A DNA stretch of 64,000 bases. It comes from Rhynchobatus australiae. Its lineage: Eukaryota. Shown piece by piece: positions 51,701 through 64,000 of the stretch. Within the stretch, counting starts at the first letter, position 1, and every line of letters starts with the position of its first letter. A program made the translations under genes and the position numbers. The notes beneath the pieces are model-generated. The model was not told where the DNA came from, searched no databases, and saw only the letters and a program-made list of their open reading frames with translations. Location of the stretch: NCBI GenBank assembly GCA_034780895.1, contig JAUZTB010000063.1:20936431-21000430 (forward strand), in the 5' to 3' direction.

Positions 51701-54700
51701 AAGCCATGGCTGGACTTGGTTCCAGGAAATGGAGCATTGTCAGTGGGGAACATCTCGGAATTGGCGAGCAGGTGATCATAAATTTCTAATAGTCNNNNNN
51801 NNNNNNNNNNNNNNNNNNNNNNNNNNNNNNNNNNNNNNNNNNNNNNNNNNNNNNNNNNNNNNNNNNNNNNNNNNNNNNNNNNNNNNNNNNNNNNTTTCTA
51901 ATAGTCATGGAAAAAGATGCAGTGGCTCGGAGTTTTGTCCAAAGTCACTTTTAATTTCCCTGAGCTGCCAGAGACTTGGACCAAATCCAGAGAGCTCCCT
52001 GTCATGCCAGTCAGATGAGAAGATTAAACATAAATGCTTCCAGACAAATATGTACTTCATTAATTTGAAGTTCATATCAGGAAAAAAATAACCATGAAAG
52101 CTGCTGAATTGTTACAAATCCCCACTTTTTCATCAATGTCCTTCAGGGAAAGGAGCTTTTCACCTGTGTCAGGTCTGGTCAAAAGTGACTCCACATTGAA
52201 CCCTGACCCCCCTCAGGTCAGCAGTAAGTGTTGACATGCCAATGTTGCCTTAGAACATAAACAAATCTGAGTTCACAAGAACAAATCTTCCGACTCATTT
52301 GTCAGAGATTCGTACATTTCTCTGTGTTAATTCTCTCCCTGGCATGGTATTTGCTGACCTTGAAGCACTGCTTTCCTTGGGATAAGATTTCTTTTAGAAC
52401 GGCATCCACTGAGAGAGCTGAATTTCTGGGAAGGGTCCTGCCTACTGGAAACCAGCGGTTAAGTGGCACAGATCAGCACAGCTCACAGAAAACTGGTACT
52501 GAAAGTACATCATTCTTCTTGTCAAAATTTGAACTGCAACAGCCTCTGGTGCTTTCATTACAGTGGGACCACTGCCCAGTACCGACGGAGACACAAGGCA
52601 ATGCAGATGCTGGAATCTGGAGCAACAAACTATTCAATACCATTGTGTTTTACCACCATCACTTCATTTACCTCTTTTACTCTCTGACTCAACTCAAGTT
52701 ATGTAAACTTCACCCGAGCTTCCTAATAAATAGTAAAATGGGAACTAAAATGAAATTAAAAAGAATGCATCTTTTAGCCCTCTTCAGGGTCTGCTTCTTC
52801 CTGCTGAGGGCCACAACTGCTTCCCTGAGCACGTCTCTGGTCCAATTTGGATGGGTTTATTGGAACACAATCAATATATGTAAAGAATGACTCTGTTGCC
52901 TTTTGATGGTTATCTATTATCGCACCTCAGAAAAACAAGCCAAGGTTGTAACCTGAGGAAGGCAGTGAGAAAAGTATGTCTATATTACATGGGCCAATTA
53001 AGCTGCCTGCCAATTTTTGCCAATTGGGTGGGATTAAAATTGGACCGATAATCTTTCCATGGTTGCTTATGAGAAAAGCCTTATGCATTTGCATTCTGAA
53101 ACACACACTAACATTTACAAGGTGGAAAAACTCTGCAACAAATGATATTATGTGTTGAAAACCATATAATTATGGTTTTAAAACAAATTACAACTTGACT
53201 CCCTCTCCACATGTGCCAGACAATATTGGGCTTTGATAAAGTTCAGCTCAGTGGTCCAAAGATTTGTCAAAGTTATGAGCAAACTGTCAAGGGAAAGGAT
53301 TGTTGAAAGTCTATTTGGTCTTTCTTCACAGCTGGTAAGCAGGCCACTGCTCTGTTGCCTAGTGTTTGGATAAGGTTTGTTTTGTTACAGGAGTGTGAAA
53401 CAGCCAACAGTTCTGCTCTCACAGATTACACAATGCAACCCATGTTTCCCAAGACAAGGTTGGAGAGGTGGCATTATGAGAAGATGTGCAAAATGTTTTG
53501 GATTTCTTTCTAAGGAACGTCACAAGAACATGGAAAGGATAATTACACTGTTGCACTTGTTGAAAGCCAGGCACATCCTGAAACTGTGACATGTAAATTT
53601 TCTTTATATAGTACAAAGCTTTTGGCACTAAGTTTATGTTAGAAGCAACATGCTTCTTTTTTTGTAAGCATAATAGAGTGAAACTCAATGCTGAATTTTT
53701 CTATTGACCAGCAGTGGGCGGTACTGGGGCACTCTCCTGAGGCATACATTGAATTTCTGCCATCTTCAGGAAGCAGCGAGACTGAGTGATACCATGCTGT
53801 CAAATTACACATGTAACTTCCAGTCAGCCCTGCTACTTTGGTTACAGCATCACAATGACAACTGGCTGATTGGTTCTCATGCTCAGACTGCCACAGATTC
53901 CTGCTACGTACAGTCAGATCTGTCTTGCAAAAAGTTTCTATGTTCCCAATGAATGCCGACAGGAAAATGAGGAAAGCCTTCTGGCGCAGAAAGAAATACT
54001 GTTATGTTTGCAAACAGCCTTTCCTGCCAGTTGTTACCTGCTGAAGTTGAACAGATTGTATGACAAAGCATGGAACTTGGACATGAGACAAGAACATGAG
54101 CCTTTCCTCTCTGAGAGCCTCTAAACATTGGTAGGAAGCCTGGCAATGTTTCCAGCTCGATTTCATGTGGCCTCTATAGTTCCCAAACGTGATTGGTTTC
54201 TATTCAGAGTTCTTCCTGGAATCAAAAGCAACTGACCGTCTCTGGGAGTAATCATGGATCAGAAGATTCTTTACACTTTCACATGGGTTGCTGCCACATT
54301 AGTCAGTGACAATGGTAAATTAGTTGTCAAATTGCAAGTAAAATGATAATGAGCCTACCAACTGCTGGATAGAATATTCTCAGATAATAAATTTAATATC
54401 AAAAGGTCAATGTTGAGAAATAGCCATTTGGATCCTTTCTACCCACTTCCCTGGTACTGTTGCTCTTCTTGTTCAGCATCTGCCTTCTCTCTGCACACCT
54501 CCAAAGTTACTATTACTGTTTCTCTGCCTGACACACTAATCCGTTTCCATTTTCTTAGTAACAAATTTCTATCTAAATTTATATTCTATAAATACAGGCC
54601 CTCTGGATTTCTTAGGATTAATGTTGTTGGTTAATTTTATTTATCTGTCTATAAGAAAATATAATAACAATCACATCTTATTCTTTTGAGTAATGTCCAC

Positions 54701-54730
54701 ATTTTAATTCCAAGCTCTCAGGTAAGGTGA

Positions 54731-55118
54731 GGGCAGGCACGGTAGTGCAGCAGTTAGTGCAACACTATTACAGCGNNNNNNNNNNNNNNNNNNNNNNNNN
54801 NNNNNNNNNNNNNNNNNNNNNNNNNNNNNNNNNNNNNNNNNNNNNNNNNNNNNNNNNNNNNNNNNNNNNNNNNNNCGGGTTCAATTCCGGCCACTGTCTG
54901 CAAGGAGTTTGTATGTTCTCCCTGTGTCTGCGTGGGTTTCCTCTGGGTACTCTGGTTTCCTCCCACATTCCAACAGACATACAGGGTAGGCATGCTATGT
55001 TGGCGCTGGAAGTGAGTGACATTTGAGGGTTGCCCCCAGAATACTCTATGCAAAAGATGCATTTCACTGTGTGTTTCGATGTACATGTGACAAATAAAGA
55101 TATCTTAACATCTTAACA
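54731..55118 (+). mobile_element. tRNA-derived SINE (HE1/V-SINE-like), near full length
   Basis: ggcacggtagtgcagcagttag A-box, gggttcaattcc B-box, central tgcgtgggtttcctctggg...ggtttcctcccaca, and tail aataaagatatcttaacatcttaac. Confidence 0.85.
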
Positions 55119-57350
55119 AGCCTCACTAGCTGTTCCTTGTATCAGTTTAAGCTTTAGCCAGGTGATCTCACCTCCTCTTTTCCATCCTTACTGCCTTCAC
55201 CATTCCTGTTTCCATTTCCTTCAAACCCAAGTTAGCTGCTTTCCACCTTGGGCTCCAAGTCTCCACATCTCCTCCCTTACTTTTTGGCCTCCTTGTAACT
55301 TGGGCCTCACCTTAATTGTTCATGAACCCACTCAAGCTACCCCTTAGGGTTGCATTTTCTCAACCTCCTGCGACCTGCACCCTTCTTCTTGCCAGTTTTC
55401 TGTTGGCAACAGGTGTTAGCTGGATTGAGTTTGATCCAGCTTTCTCCTTGCACTCATACCCCATGCTATTCCCTCAGCTTTGTTTACTTATTGTCCCCAC
55501 GATCCACTCAAATTCCAGGCCTTGCTGCCACAGCTGGACCATAACACAGGCCATTGCACAATCAGTGACTAGTTCTCTGGAAGGTAGGTGCTGAGGCCCT
55601 GGCTCTGGACTATCCTGACAGCCATTAGATGACAGTGGCCTTGAATTAGCCATTAAATAGCTCTAATGATCAAAGGCATATAAAGCAGTTCAAAACAATG
55701 CAAGTAAGAAATATTAAAATGAAAGAGTAACTTTGCTTGAAAGAAAATTTAAATAATTTTAGATAATAAAATACGTTAGAATTAAGAAAATTTAACAAAA
55801 TATAAGGCTACCAACATTTAGTCTTTTCAATCTGGTCAAATCATTTGATTGGAGACACATACACCAGAGCTGAGGGGCCAGATGCAAAGTGCCTCCAGCC
55901 ATAGCACAGTGTTTGAACCATGGTCCCATATTGGCCTCATCAGGCATCCCAGAACCCATAGAACTGGAGAGGAAGCAAGTCATCCTAGACTCCAAGGGAC
56001 TACATAAAAAGAAGCAGCACCTGGTTTTCAGTGCGGTACTGAGTGTGGCAGGGGATGGGAATCAGATTCACTGACATTTCGTCTCCAGGGCATTCCTGAT
56101 TTCCACACCATAGTGTGCAGGTGCAGGTGTCAGAAACCAGGCAGATTTACCAGGAACACCTTGCTCCTATTTATTTCTATTAGATTTGTACCAGAGTAAA
56201 TTCGATAGAGATTCAAGTTAAGGAGATTTGGTAACAAGTTACCAACCAACCTTGCATCCCGAAGGAATGTGACCATAAACTTGAGCCTCAGATTTCAGGT
56301 AGGTTCACTCCAGAGTCAGTGCAACCTAAATGTTAATAGGCGCTGAAATTTCATCAGGCACTGAACTGGGTTTAACTTCACAGAAGTGAACCAGATATAA
56401 TTTATTATGCTTACATTGAGCCTTAATACAATAATGTATATTGCTGCTCTCACAAGGTTCTAAACAGGAGACATAATCCAGTGCAAAGCCCATAAGTTAT
56501 TACTTCACTTGTCAGGCAGCTTACCCCAGTTTGTCAAATTTGCCATGAGTTGTTAAACTCAGAGATTAGGGAATTATGGTGGAAATCATATTAAAAAAGG
56601 TATCATTTTTCCTGTGTGAACAAAATACAGTAGGCAAATTATACATAATTATCAACATTCAAGAATCAGAGCAGGTATAAATTAAGAGTTGAAGAGTTAA
56701 TTGATAATGACTGCTGCAGTATCAATAAATCCACTTAATTAGTGGTGTGTTCACTTCCAGATCTTATACTGTAATAATAAACCAGGCAATCATGGTGAAG
56801 TAAAGGGTCAGACCAGGCAATCCATGTGAATGCCAATATATAGTTTAACACTCTGTAATATGCACCAAGACCCAGTGTTGGATATTGACCCACTGTCGCC
56901 TTGCCCTAAGTAATGGACTTGAAAAGTTATTCCAAGTAATTTCCAAGTTGTTCCAACTTAATAGAGGGAATCCCAAGGTACCACACATGGCAATATAATC
57001 AGCAGCCTCCTCAAAAGTGGATCTTTTGTGCCCAGAGTAAAGTGCATTAAAGTGGGTGTTGCTGGGAGACTGCCATTCAATTCCTCATTTTCTAAACCAG
57101 CACTGGGAATACAGAGAAAACTGCTTCACAATAATGGAATTTTCATCTGTGTACTGCACAATGTCATTGATTTTGGACAGGCAGGAATTTAAAAACTGCA
57201 ATTCATAACAAATATTTTTATAACCTATGGTAAAAGGATAATTTTAATAATCTTCCCAACATCAACATTTTACTGCAGTTTTGTCCATTCACTTAACCCA
57301 TTAATATCTCTCCCACTAAATGCTATTATTTTATCCTTATACTTGGATAC

Positions 57351-58320
57351 ATCAGAATCAGCATCAATTTTATTGTCAATTCCATATACACATTTAGCAT
57401 GCATGGGAGCGAAATACCGTACTCCACAGATCAAGGTGCAGGACACATTAAAAAAAAGACAATAGCATTAAAAAGAAACTCGAATAAAAGCAGCTTAAAA
57501 TGAACGTACTGATACAGCAGGTGTCCAAGCAGTCATTGGACACTTAAAGTGCTGATGCATTTTTGTACGCATAATATCCTTTGGTGTTGGANNNNNNNNN
57601 NNNNNNNNNNNNNNNNNNNNNNNNNNNNNNNNNNNNNNNNNNNNNNNNNNNNNNNNNNNNNNNNNNNNNNNNNNNNNNNNNNNNNNNNNNNAAAAGCTAT
57701 TGCACAGTCTGGTGGATCTTGCACGAATGCTCTGGAGCCTCCTTCCAGATGGCAAGGGAGAAAAGAGGTGGTGGGAGGGGTGGGAAGGGTCAGGCATTAC
57801 ATTTGTGGCCTTTCTGACACACCAGTCCATATATTTGTCCACAATGGAGGGTAGAGAGACACCTGTAATCTTCTCTGCTGCTCTCACTATTTCCTGCAGG
57901 GACTTCTGCTCAGCAGCTGTACAGTTCCCATACCAGATGGTGATGCAGTGTGTCAGGATACTCTCGATGGTTCCTTTATAGAACGTTTTCATGATAGATG
58001 GAGGGGAGTTTACTTTTCTCAGTCTCCACAGGAAGTAGAAACATTGCTGGGCTTTCTTGGTGAGGGCTGTGGTGTTGATGGACCAGTTCAGGTCATCAGT
58101 GACGTGCACCCCCAGGAACCTGGTGCTGCTGACTTGTTCCACTGCAGTCCTGTTGATGGTCAGCGGGGCATGCACACGCCGACTTTTCCTGAAGTCTATT
58201 GCCATCTCCTTAGTCTTCTCCACGTTTAAGGAGAGGTTGTTGTTACTACACCACATGACCAGTTACTTCATCATTGTTCGTGACGAGACCCACCACTGTC
58301 GTGTCATCAGTGAATTTAAC
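57351..58320 (-). mobile_element. Rex1/Babar-like non-LTR retrotransposon, 5'-truncated
   Basis: WCSNNNLSLNVEKTKEMAIDFRK...FLGVHVTDDLNWS...KKAQQCFYFLWRLRK...FYKGTIESILTHCITIWYG...DPSHPSHHLFSPLPSGRR; TDDTTVVG catalytic-motif remnant near 58290-58312; TGATTC-type tail. Confidence 0.88.
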
Positions 58321-60329
58321 AATATAATTGGAGCTGGTTTCCTGCCTATAAGAATTTAAATGTGACATTTCCAAACAGGGTGAATAATTGACGCCCAACA
58401 CAGATTCTTTCAGTTATATCCTGCCAAGTGGAGNNNNNNNNNNNNNNNNNNNNNNNNNNNNNNNNNNNNNNNNNNNNNNNNNNNNNNNNNNNNNNNNNNN
58501 NNNNNNNNNNNNNNNNNNNNNNNNNNNNNNNNNAGAGTCTGCCTGTTATTACAGTTCTCTATTGCTTGCTCCTCAGTCAGTCCCCTGGTTAGTAGTGGGA
58601 TCTTGACAAACTATGCCAGGAAGTCCTCAATACCTGGTAGAAATCCTCTTCACAACTCCAGCAACAATCACATGAAATGGGGAATACACTTTAATTAGTG
58701 AGTAGCACTTTTGGCACCACTTGAAGTTGACGCCACAACGGGACTACTCCTAACAGCTGACCACAATAAGTGGAAACACTACCTGCCAAATCCCAGCAGT
58801 TTCTTTAATGAGCACAACCAATCATTTATCAAGCTTCTGTTTAGCCAGTCCTGGCGCAGGCTTCATTTTCTTTATCTGGTTGACACCTTTTGCTAAACCA
58901 CATTTGCAGCTTAAGACTCCAGCTTGGCTATCACTTTACTTCATTAGATGTGTTGAAAATTACCCTCACTGATTTCTCCTGATGACAACATCTAGTTTGT
59001 TCCAATAGGCTCTGGACAAGATACCAATTAAGATGTTAATGGAATGGACTACCTGGCGATTAAAAACAATGGTTATCTTTTGCACTGGAAAATAGAATAT
59101 GATGATTTAATTGCACTCTGGAACTGAGTCTTGTTATGAATATTTTGGCATGGGAATGTTATTTGTTGAATGAATGTTATCTGGAACTGGCTACATTATC
59201 ATCATACTTAAGATGAATGTTATCAGTAATATATGTTTCTGTGGTCAAAGTGATCAGAACTTCATATCAAGGCACGGCCACTTGATCAATTCTTTTCATA
59301 AATTTCCTGTTCACAGAAATCACTGTGCAGTAATCATTTTCCATGAAATAGATCAGGTACCACTCTCAGAGAAAGAAGTTCTAACCTGGTAACAACTGTT
59401 TAGACTTCTTCACAGATCTGCTTGCTAAGAGCTCCTTCTCTAAAGCTTGGCATGATGCAATGTGCAACTGTATTCATTTGTTATCAGGGTGGGAGATCTT
59501 CTGCCAGACGGTGTAAGGACCGTGTAAGTAGAACGTGTGTTCAGCTGGAAAGATTTATTCTGGGTCTGTTTCAACTAAAACATAGTAGGGCTGCAGAGGA
59601 AATGTGCAGCAGGCACGGAATATATGTTTGGTGTTCATGATTGTTTTTAAAAGAGCTTTCTCTTTTGAGCTGCGCAGTAGAGTGTAAACTAGACCTGCTC
59701 ACAGCAGGCTTGGAAAGGGTGAGTGGATGGTGTCTGGATTAGAGTCCATCACCGGGGTGAATAAATTAATATTTTATGAACCAAATAGAACACGNNNNNN
59801 NNNNTTGAAGGAGTCTAACAAGGTTTGGGAGGGAATTATGGGGGAGAGCTGGGTCTCTTGCTGTTAGAACTGTACATGTGCACACATGTCAGCTGGCATT
59901 TGGATTCCACACATTCAGTTCCATTGACTTCACTGGATCTGAATGTGGAGCATGTGTACAACCAGGAGCTAATACCCATACCTGTGCTGAATGTGAGTGA
60001 ACAAAGAGTGGCTAATTAGGCTAACTGGTGTATCGAGAGGGCTGAGTTTGATTAAAAGGAAGACAGACAGATTTGCACTGTATTGTGCCTTCCACAACAT
60101 CAGAACATTCCACAGTGTTTTGGAGCTGATAAGGTTCAGTTACTGTGATAATGTAGGGAATACAGCTGCCAATTTACACAGAGCAAGCTCCCTCAACCAG
60201 CAATGTGAGTTACATGGCATTGCTTATGACCTCTGTGTATTCCAAAGTACTGTACTATGTACTTTGAAGTGTGTAAAGGTAATAAATATGATAACCAATT
60301 TTGTAAGTAAAGTAGTAAATATGGTAACA

Positions 60330-60640
60330 ACAAAGACCCACAAACCCAAATGTGATAATGACTGTGTAATCTGTTTTAGTCACACTGACGTTGGCCTAGG
60401 CAACAGGAATCATTCTTCAACGATTCCTCAAACGAGTGCCATCAGATAATTTATGTCCACCTGAGAGAACAGATGGGGGTTTGTTTATCATCTCATCTGA
60501 CAAATGGCACCTCTAATTGCTCAGTACTTTTTCAGTACTAAACAATAATGTCAGCATGTGCTTATGACCTTGCATTCAGATGTATCCATAACCTTCTGAC
60601 GTAAGGGGTAAGTCCATTACCTGTTAAGCCACAGCTGATA
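60330..60640 (-). mobile_element. Deu-domain SINE relic (SacSINE1-like)
   Basis: gtgccat...tgtccacctgagagaacagatgggg...catctcatctgacaaatggcacctc...cagtact...tgtcagc...cataaccttctgac...agccacagctga. Confidence 0.65.
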
Positions 60641-62734
60641 TTCAGCTGTCAGAAGAACAAAGATATATGGCTTCTGAATGGGGCTAGTAAGCTCTGGTTT
60701 GTTTGTTTACTCAGAGGTAGTCGTACTGCTTGAAGAAANNNNNNNNNNNNNNNNNNNNNNNNNNNNNNACCCTAATGGAGGAACAAATTTAATTGAAGAC
60801 AAAAATTTAAAAAAATGGTTCCAAGCAGTCATCTAGTTAGCTACTGAGTGTGTTGCAATTCTAGTTAGCAAGGAACCTAGTCAAGTTAGATTTCCTCCAG
60901 ATGATTTTTTGGGTGTGAATTAGTAACAATATAAAAAATCATAAATGTTTATATTTAATGCTTAGTGAACAAATATTTATTATAGTTACATTTCAGCTGA
61001 GTTAAAGGAAAATATTTTGTTCTTGTACTATCACTCACAGAAAAATTTCAATCCATTTCAGGATCTTCTGCTAAGATATGTTAACTATTTAATTTCCATG
61101 GAATGATTATGTCAATGCTCCATTTTCAGTAGTTTGGTAGAAGGAGAAACATTGACCAGAAGAATTCTTCTGTTCTTCTTCAAGTTCTGCTTTAGCATCT
61201 TGAAAACCTACCTAATCCAGCTTTGGATGTCACTCAACATCAGCATAATCCACAATGCAGAAATCCTTCACATGTATTGTTCCCTTACATATTTTACTTA
61301 ATTTCCACATCTTGCTTGGACACAGACTCAGCTGTAAGATTCAGTCAATAGTCATAATTATATGTAATCCTGAGCTACTTCATACAAGTTAGTATTAATC
61401 ATATCAACAAACTGTGCTTCTTGCCAGAAAAAAACAGCAGGTGCATTTTACACTGGAAGTATTAACATCCTGCATTCCAGTACTGGGCTACTTTGAAGCA
61501 GGTGGGGAAGGGCCAGGCCACCTCAGCATACAGGAAAAGATGTCAAAGAGGAGAAAAGTTAAAAGTCTGGGTGAAGTTCTTGGAAAGAACCATGCACAGA
61601 TAGAGTCCAGAATCTATTAAGAGAAATATTGCTGCTGGTCCGTTCTGTCTACCAATATTGAGGATGCAGAAGCTTAAATGACCTTTGAAAAGCATGAATG
61701 ATTTTTTTTTGTGTGTAGCTTTGTATGACTTAAGCTACCGTGTCTGAGTAGAAGAAAATTTCTCAGAGAATCTTTCATACTGGAAAACTACTTTCATTCA
61801 TGCCTATGATGTGCTTAACCCTGAAAAACTGTTTAGTAAACCCAGCAGTGCATCAGCTGTTTTACTGAATTTTACTACTCCAGATATTCTTACCAATTAT
61901 GTCAAAGGAAGATGTGATGATGCATATTATTTTGATGCAATCTGCAAAAATAATTAATGGATGCTTTTTNNNNNNNNNNNNNNNNNNNNNNNNNNNNNNN
62001 NNNNNNNNNNNNNNNNNNNNNNNNNNNNNNNNNNNNNNNNNNNNNNNNNNNNNNNNNNNNNNNNNNNNNTTTTTTTTTCCTGTTTTTTTAAAATCATTGT
62101 AGTTGCTAATTTCCTGTAATTTCCTTTGCATCACATGTGCCATTTATAGAACCTCCCAGCAGATGAGCGTGCTGCTGTGTTCTCCGAGAGAATGATTCCC
62201 TTGTGTAAAAGCTGCGCAGTCGGTGTATGTAACATTGTGCAGATTGTGGAGGAGGAAGTTCTGCAACAATACACTGACTTCTTAATCTTCTAACTTTTGT
62301 GAACCTTTGCTTCTGTGCTGGCAAACAAGATTCCTTTCTATTGACATGTTAGAAATGAGGCTAAATGGGTGAAGGCATTGGCACTAAAAAACCTTTTGAA
62401 AGCTATCCATAATCAAGAGCTGAAAACCATTCTGATGATACACAAGAGAGCCAATCATGTTTGCATAATTGTAATTCTGAGTGGAAGAACTACTAGAATG
62501 GGCTAAAATTGTCGGAGATTTATATTAAATTCAGTGACATATATATGATTCTGGTACCCAATAATAATCAACTGGATATCTGTAAAACGCACAATAAAAC
62601 ACTTGTACATCAGGGTGTGTATTTGTTTCTCTGTAGTTCCTCTTGTATCTTATTGATATAGTTATTAAGCTGTTAATGCCAATCTTAAAATTGTATAGGG
62701 AGGGCTTCAGCACAAAAGAACGTAAATATGTTTA

Positions 62735-63280
62735 AGATATAGGAGCAAGTATAGGCCGTTTGGCAGTTTGAGCCTGCTCCACTGCACAAAAATATTATGG
62801 TTGGTCTTCTACCTTGTGCATTTAACCACTCTATTCTTATACTCTCCTATTCCTTTTGTATTCTGAAATCTATTCCTTTTTAACAGCACTCAATAACTGA
62901 GCACCCACAACCCGCTAGGAGAGAAAATTCCCAAGATACATGACTATTTGAGTGGAGAAATTTCTCCTCATCTTGGTGTTAAAAGGGTAAACCCTTATTC
63001 TGAGACCATAATCCCTAATTCCAGACTCCTGTCAGGAGGTAACATCTTCGCTGCATCTTCATGCTTGATTCAGTTTCACTCAGATCACCTCTCACTTTTT
63101 TGAACTCTAGGGAATTTATACTAATCAATTTCTCCTCAACAACCAACTTCCCAAAATAGGGAATTGGTATAGGGAATTTTTGTTGCTCGACCTCTAAGAT
63201 AAATTTTCATTCCTTATCTGGAGAGATCAAAGCTACATCCAGTTGTAGTTTCAACAATACTTGTATAATTTGTGTAAGAT
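62735..63280 (-). mobile_element. Degenerate CR1-type LINE 3' part
   Basis: taggagcaagtataggcc...gagcctgctccac tail; gagaaatttctcctcatct...acccttattctgagac. Confidence 0.75.
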
Positions 63281-63520
63281 CACCTGGAGCAAGTCGAGTG
63301 GAACCAATATCAACCACTGGTTGTACTCATCTTCACACTTCCATCTTTAGTAATGTCAGTACACCTGGCAGCTAATATTCTTAAAAGCATGTTATGCCAA
63401 TGCCTAGAGATGAACACCTCACCCCTTTAACATTATACGGCAATCCTTATGTAATAATGGCTAATGTAATTTCCTAATTGCTAGATCTGCACTCACTTTC
63501 CACGTCCATTGAAAGGATGC

Positions 63521-63632
63521 TGTAGTGTAAATGGTCATGGCTATCATGTGACCATGACAACACTGACCCCTCCAACTGTAGTGTAAAAGGTCATGACTGT
63601 CATGTGACCATGATAACACTGACCCCTCTGGC
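63521..63632. repeat. Two tandem copies of a 56-bp unit
   Basis: tgtagtgtaaa.ggtcatg.ct.tcatgtgaccatga.aacactgacccctc starting at 63521 and 63577. Confidence 0.9.
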
Positions 63633-64000
63633 TGGGATGACACCATTGAGCACATAGCCGAAAGCAACACCACTGTCAATCAAGGTTTGGCTNNNNNNNN
63701 NNNNNNNNNNNNNNNNNNNNNNNNNNNNNNNNNNNNNNNNNNNNNNNNNNNNNNNNNNNNNNNNNNNNNNNNNNNNNNNNNNNNNNNNNNNNGGTGAGCT
63801 GTGCACTACTTCAGGGCAGTTAGTTAAGGACTCCTGAGACCAAAGAGCCGATGTTTGTCCAGAGTCAGGCTGTTCAAACATGATAGAGATAGAGATAGAG
63901 ATAGAGAGAATTTGTTCCTTTCCATTCTGTTCCTGCGTCTGTCTTTGTAAATAAAATTCTCCCTTTTAAAGTACAAAGACTGGATGTCCAGATTCCTTTT
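63521..64000 (+). mobile_element. Possible LTR (solo or 5' LTR), running off the window
   Basis: Begins TGTAGTG, has a U3-like tandem duplication, (ATAGAG)n and AATAAA at 63950-63955; the right end is not seen. Confidence 0.35.

Noticed and set aside
52324-52890. 188-aa + strand ORF (similarly 41686-42117 and 59997-60449)
   Set aside because: No recognisable domain or splice support, and partial overlap with repeat relics.
54731-54900. tRNA gene
   Set aside because: The A and B boxes are followed by a SINE body and tail, so this is a SINE head.

Overview
AT-rich vertebrate genomic DNA from a gapped draft assembly. The repeat content (CR1-type LINEs, tRNA-derived SINEs, Deu-domain SINE relics, a Rex1/Babar-like LINE) suggests a cartilaginous fish; this is an inference. 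The window holds most of one gene on the minus strand, semaphorin-3C (sema3c). I mapped 16 coding exons by hand, equivalent to exons 3-18 of the human gene, from 36086 down to the TAA stop at 2411. Every visible splice site is canonical GT-AG and the phases join. The ATG/signal-peptide exon was not found, so 36087-64000 is probably one long intron. The main anomaly is exon 12: about 27 N-terminal codons are missing, and a retroposon 3' tail plus an N gap sit in their place. The join is at a stretch where the exon happens to resemble that tail, so a mis-assembly is most likely, but a true exonic insertion is possible. Introns also contain nested retroposons, a hairpin-forming repeat and a probable LTR at the right edge. 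I found no support for a new multi-gene system; apart from sema3c exons, the ORF track is LINE fragments, gap-spanning frames or noise.
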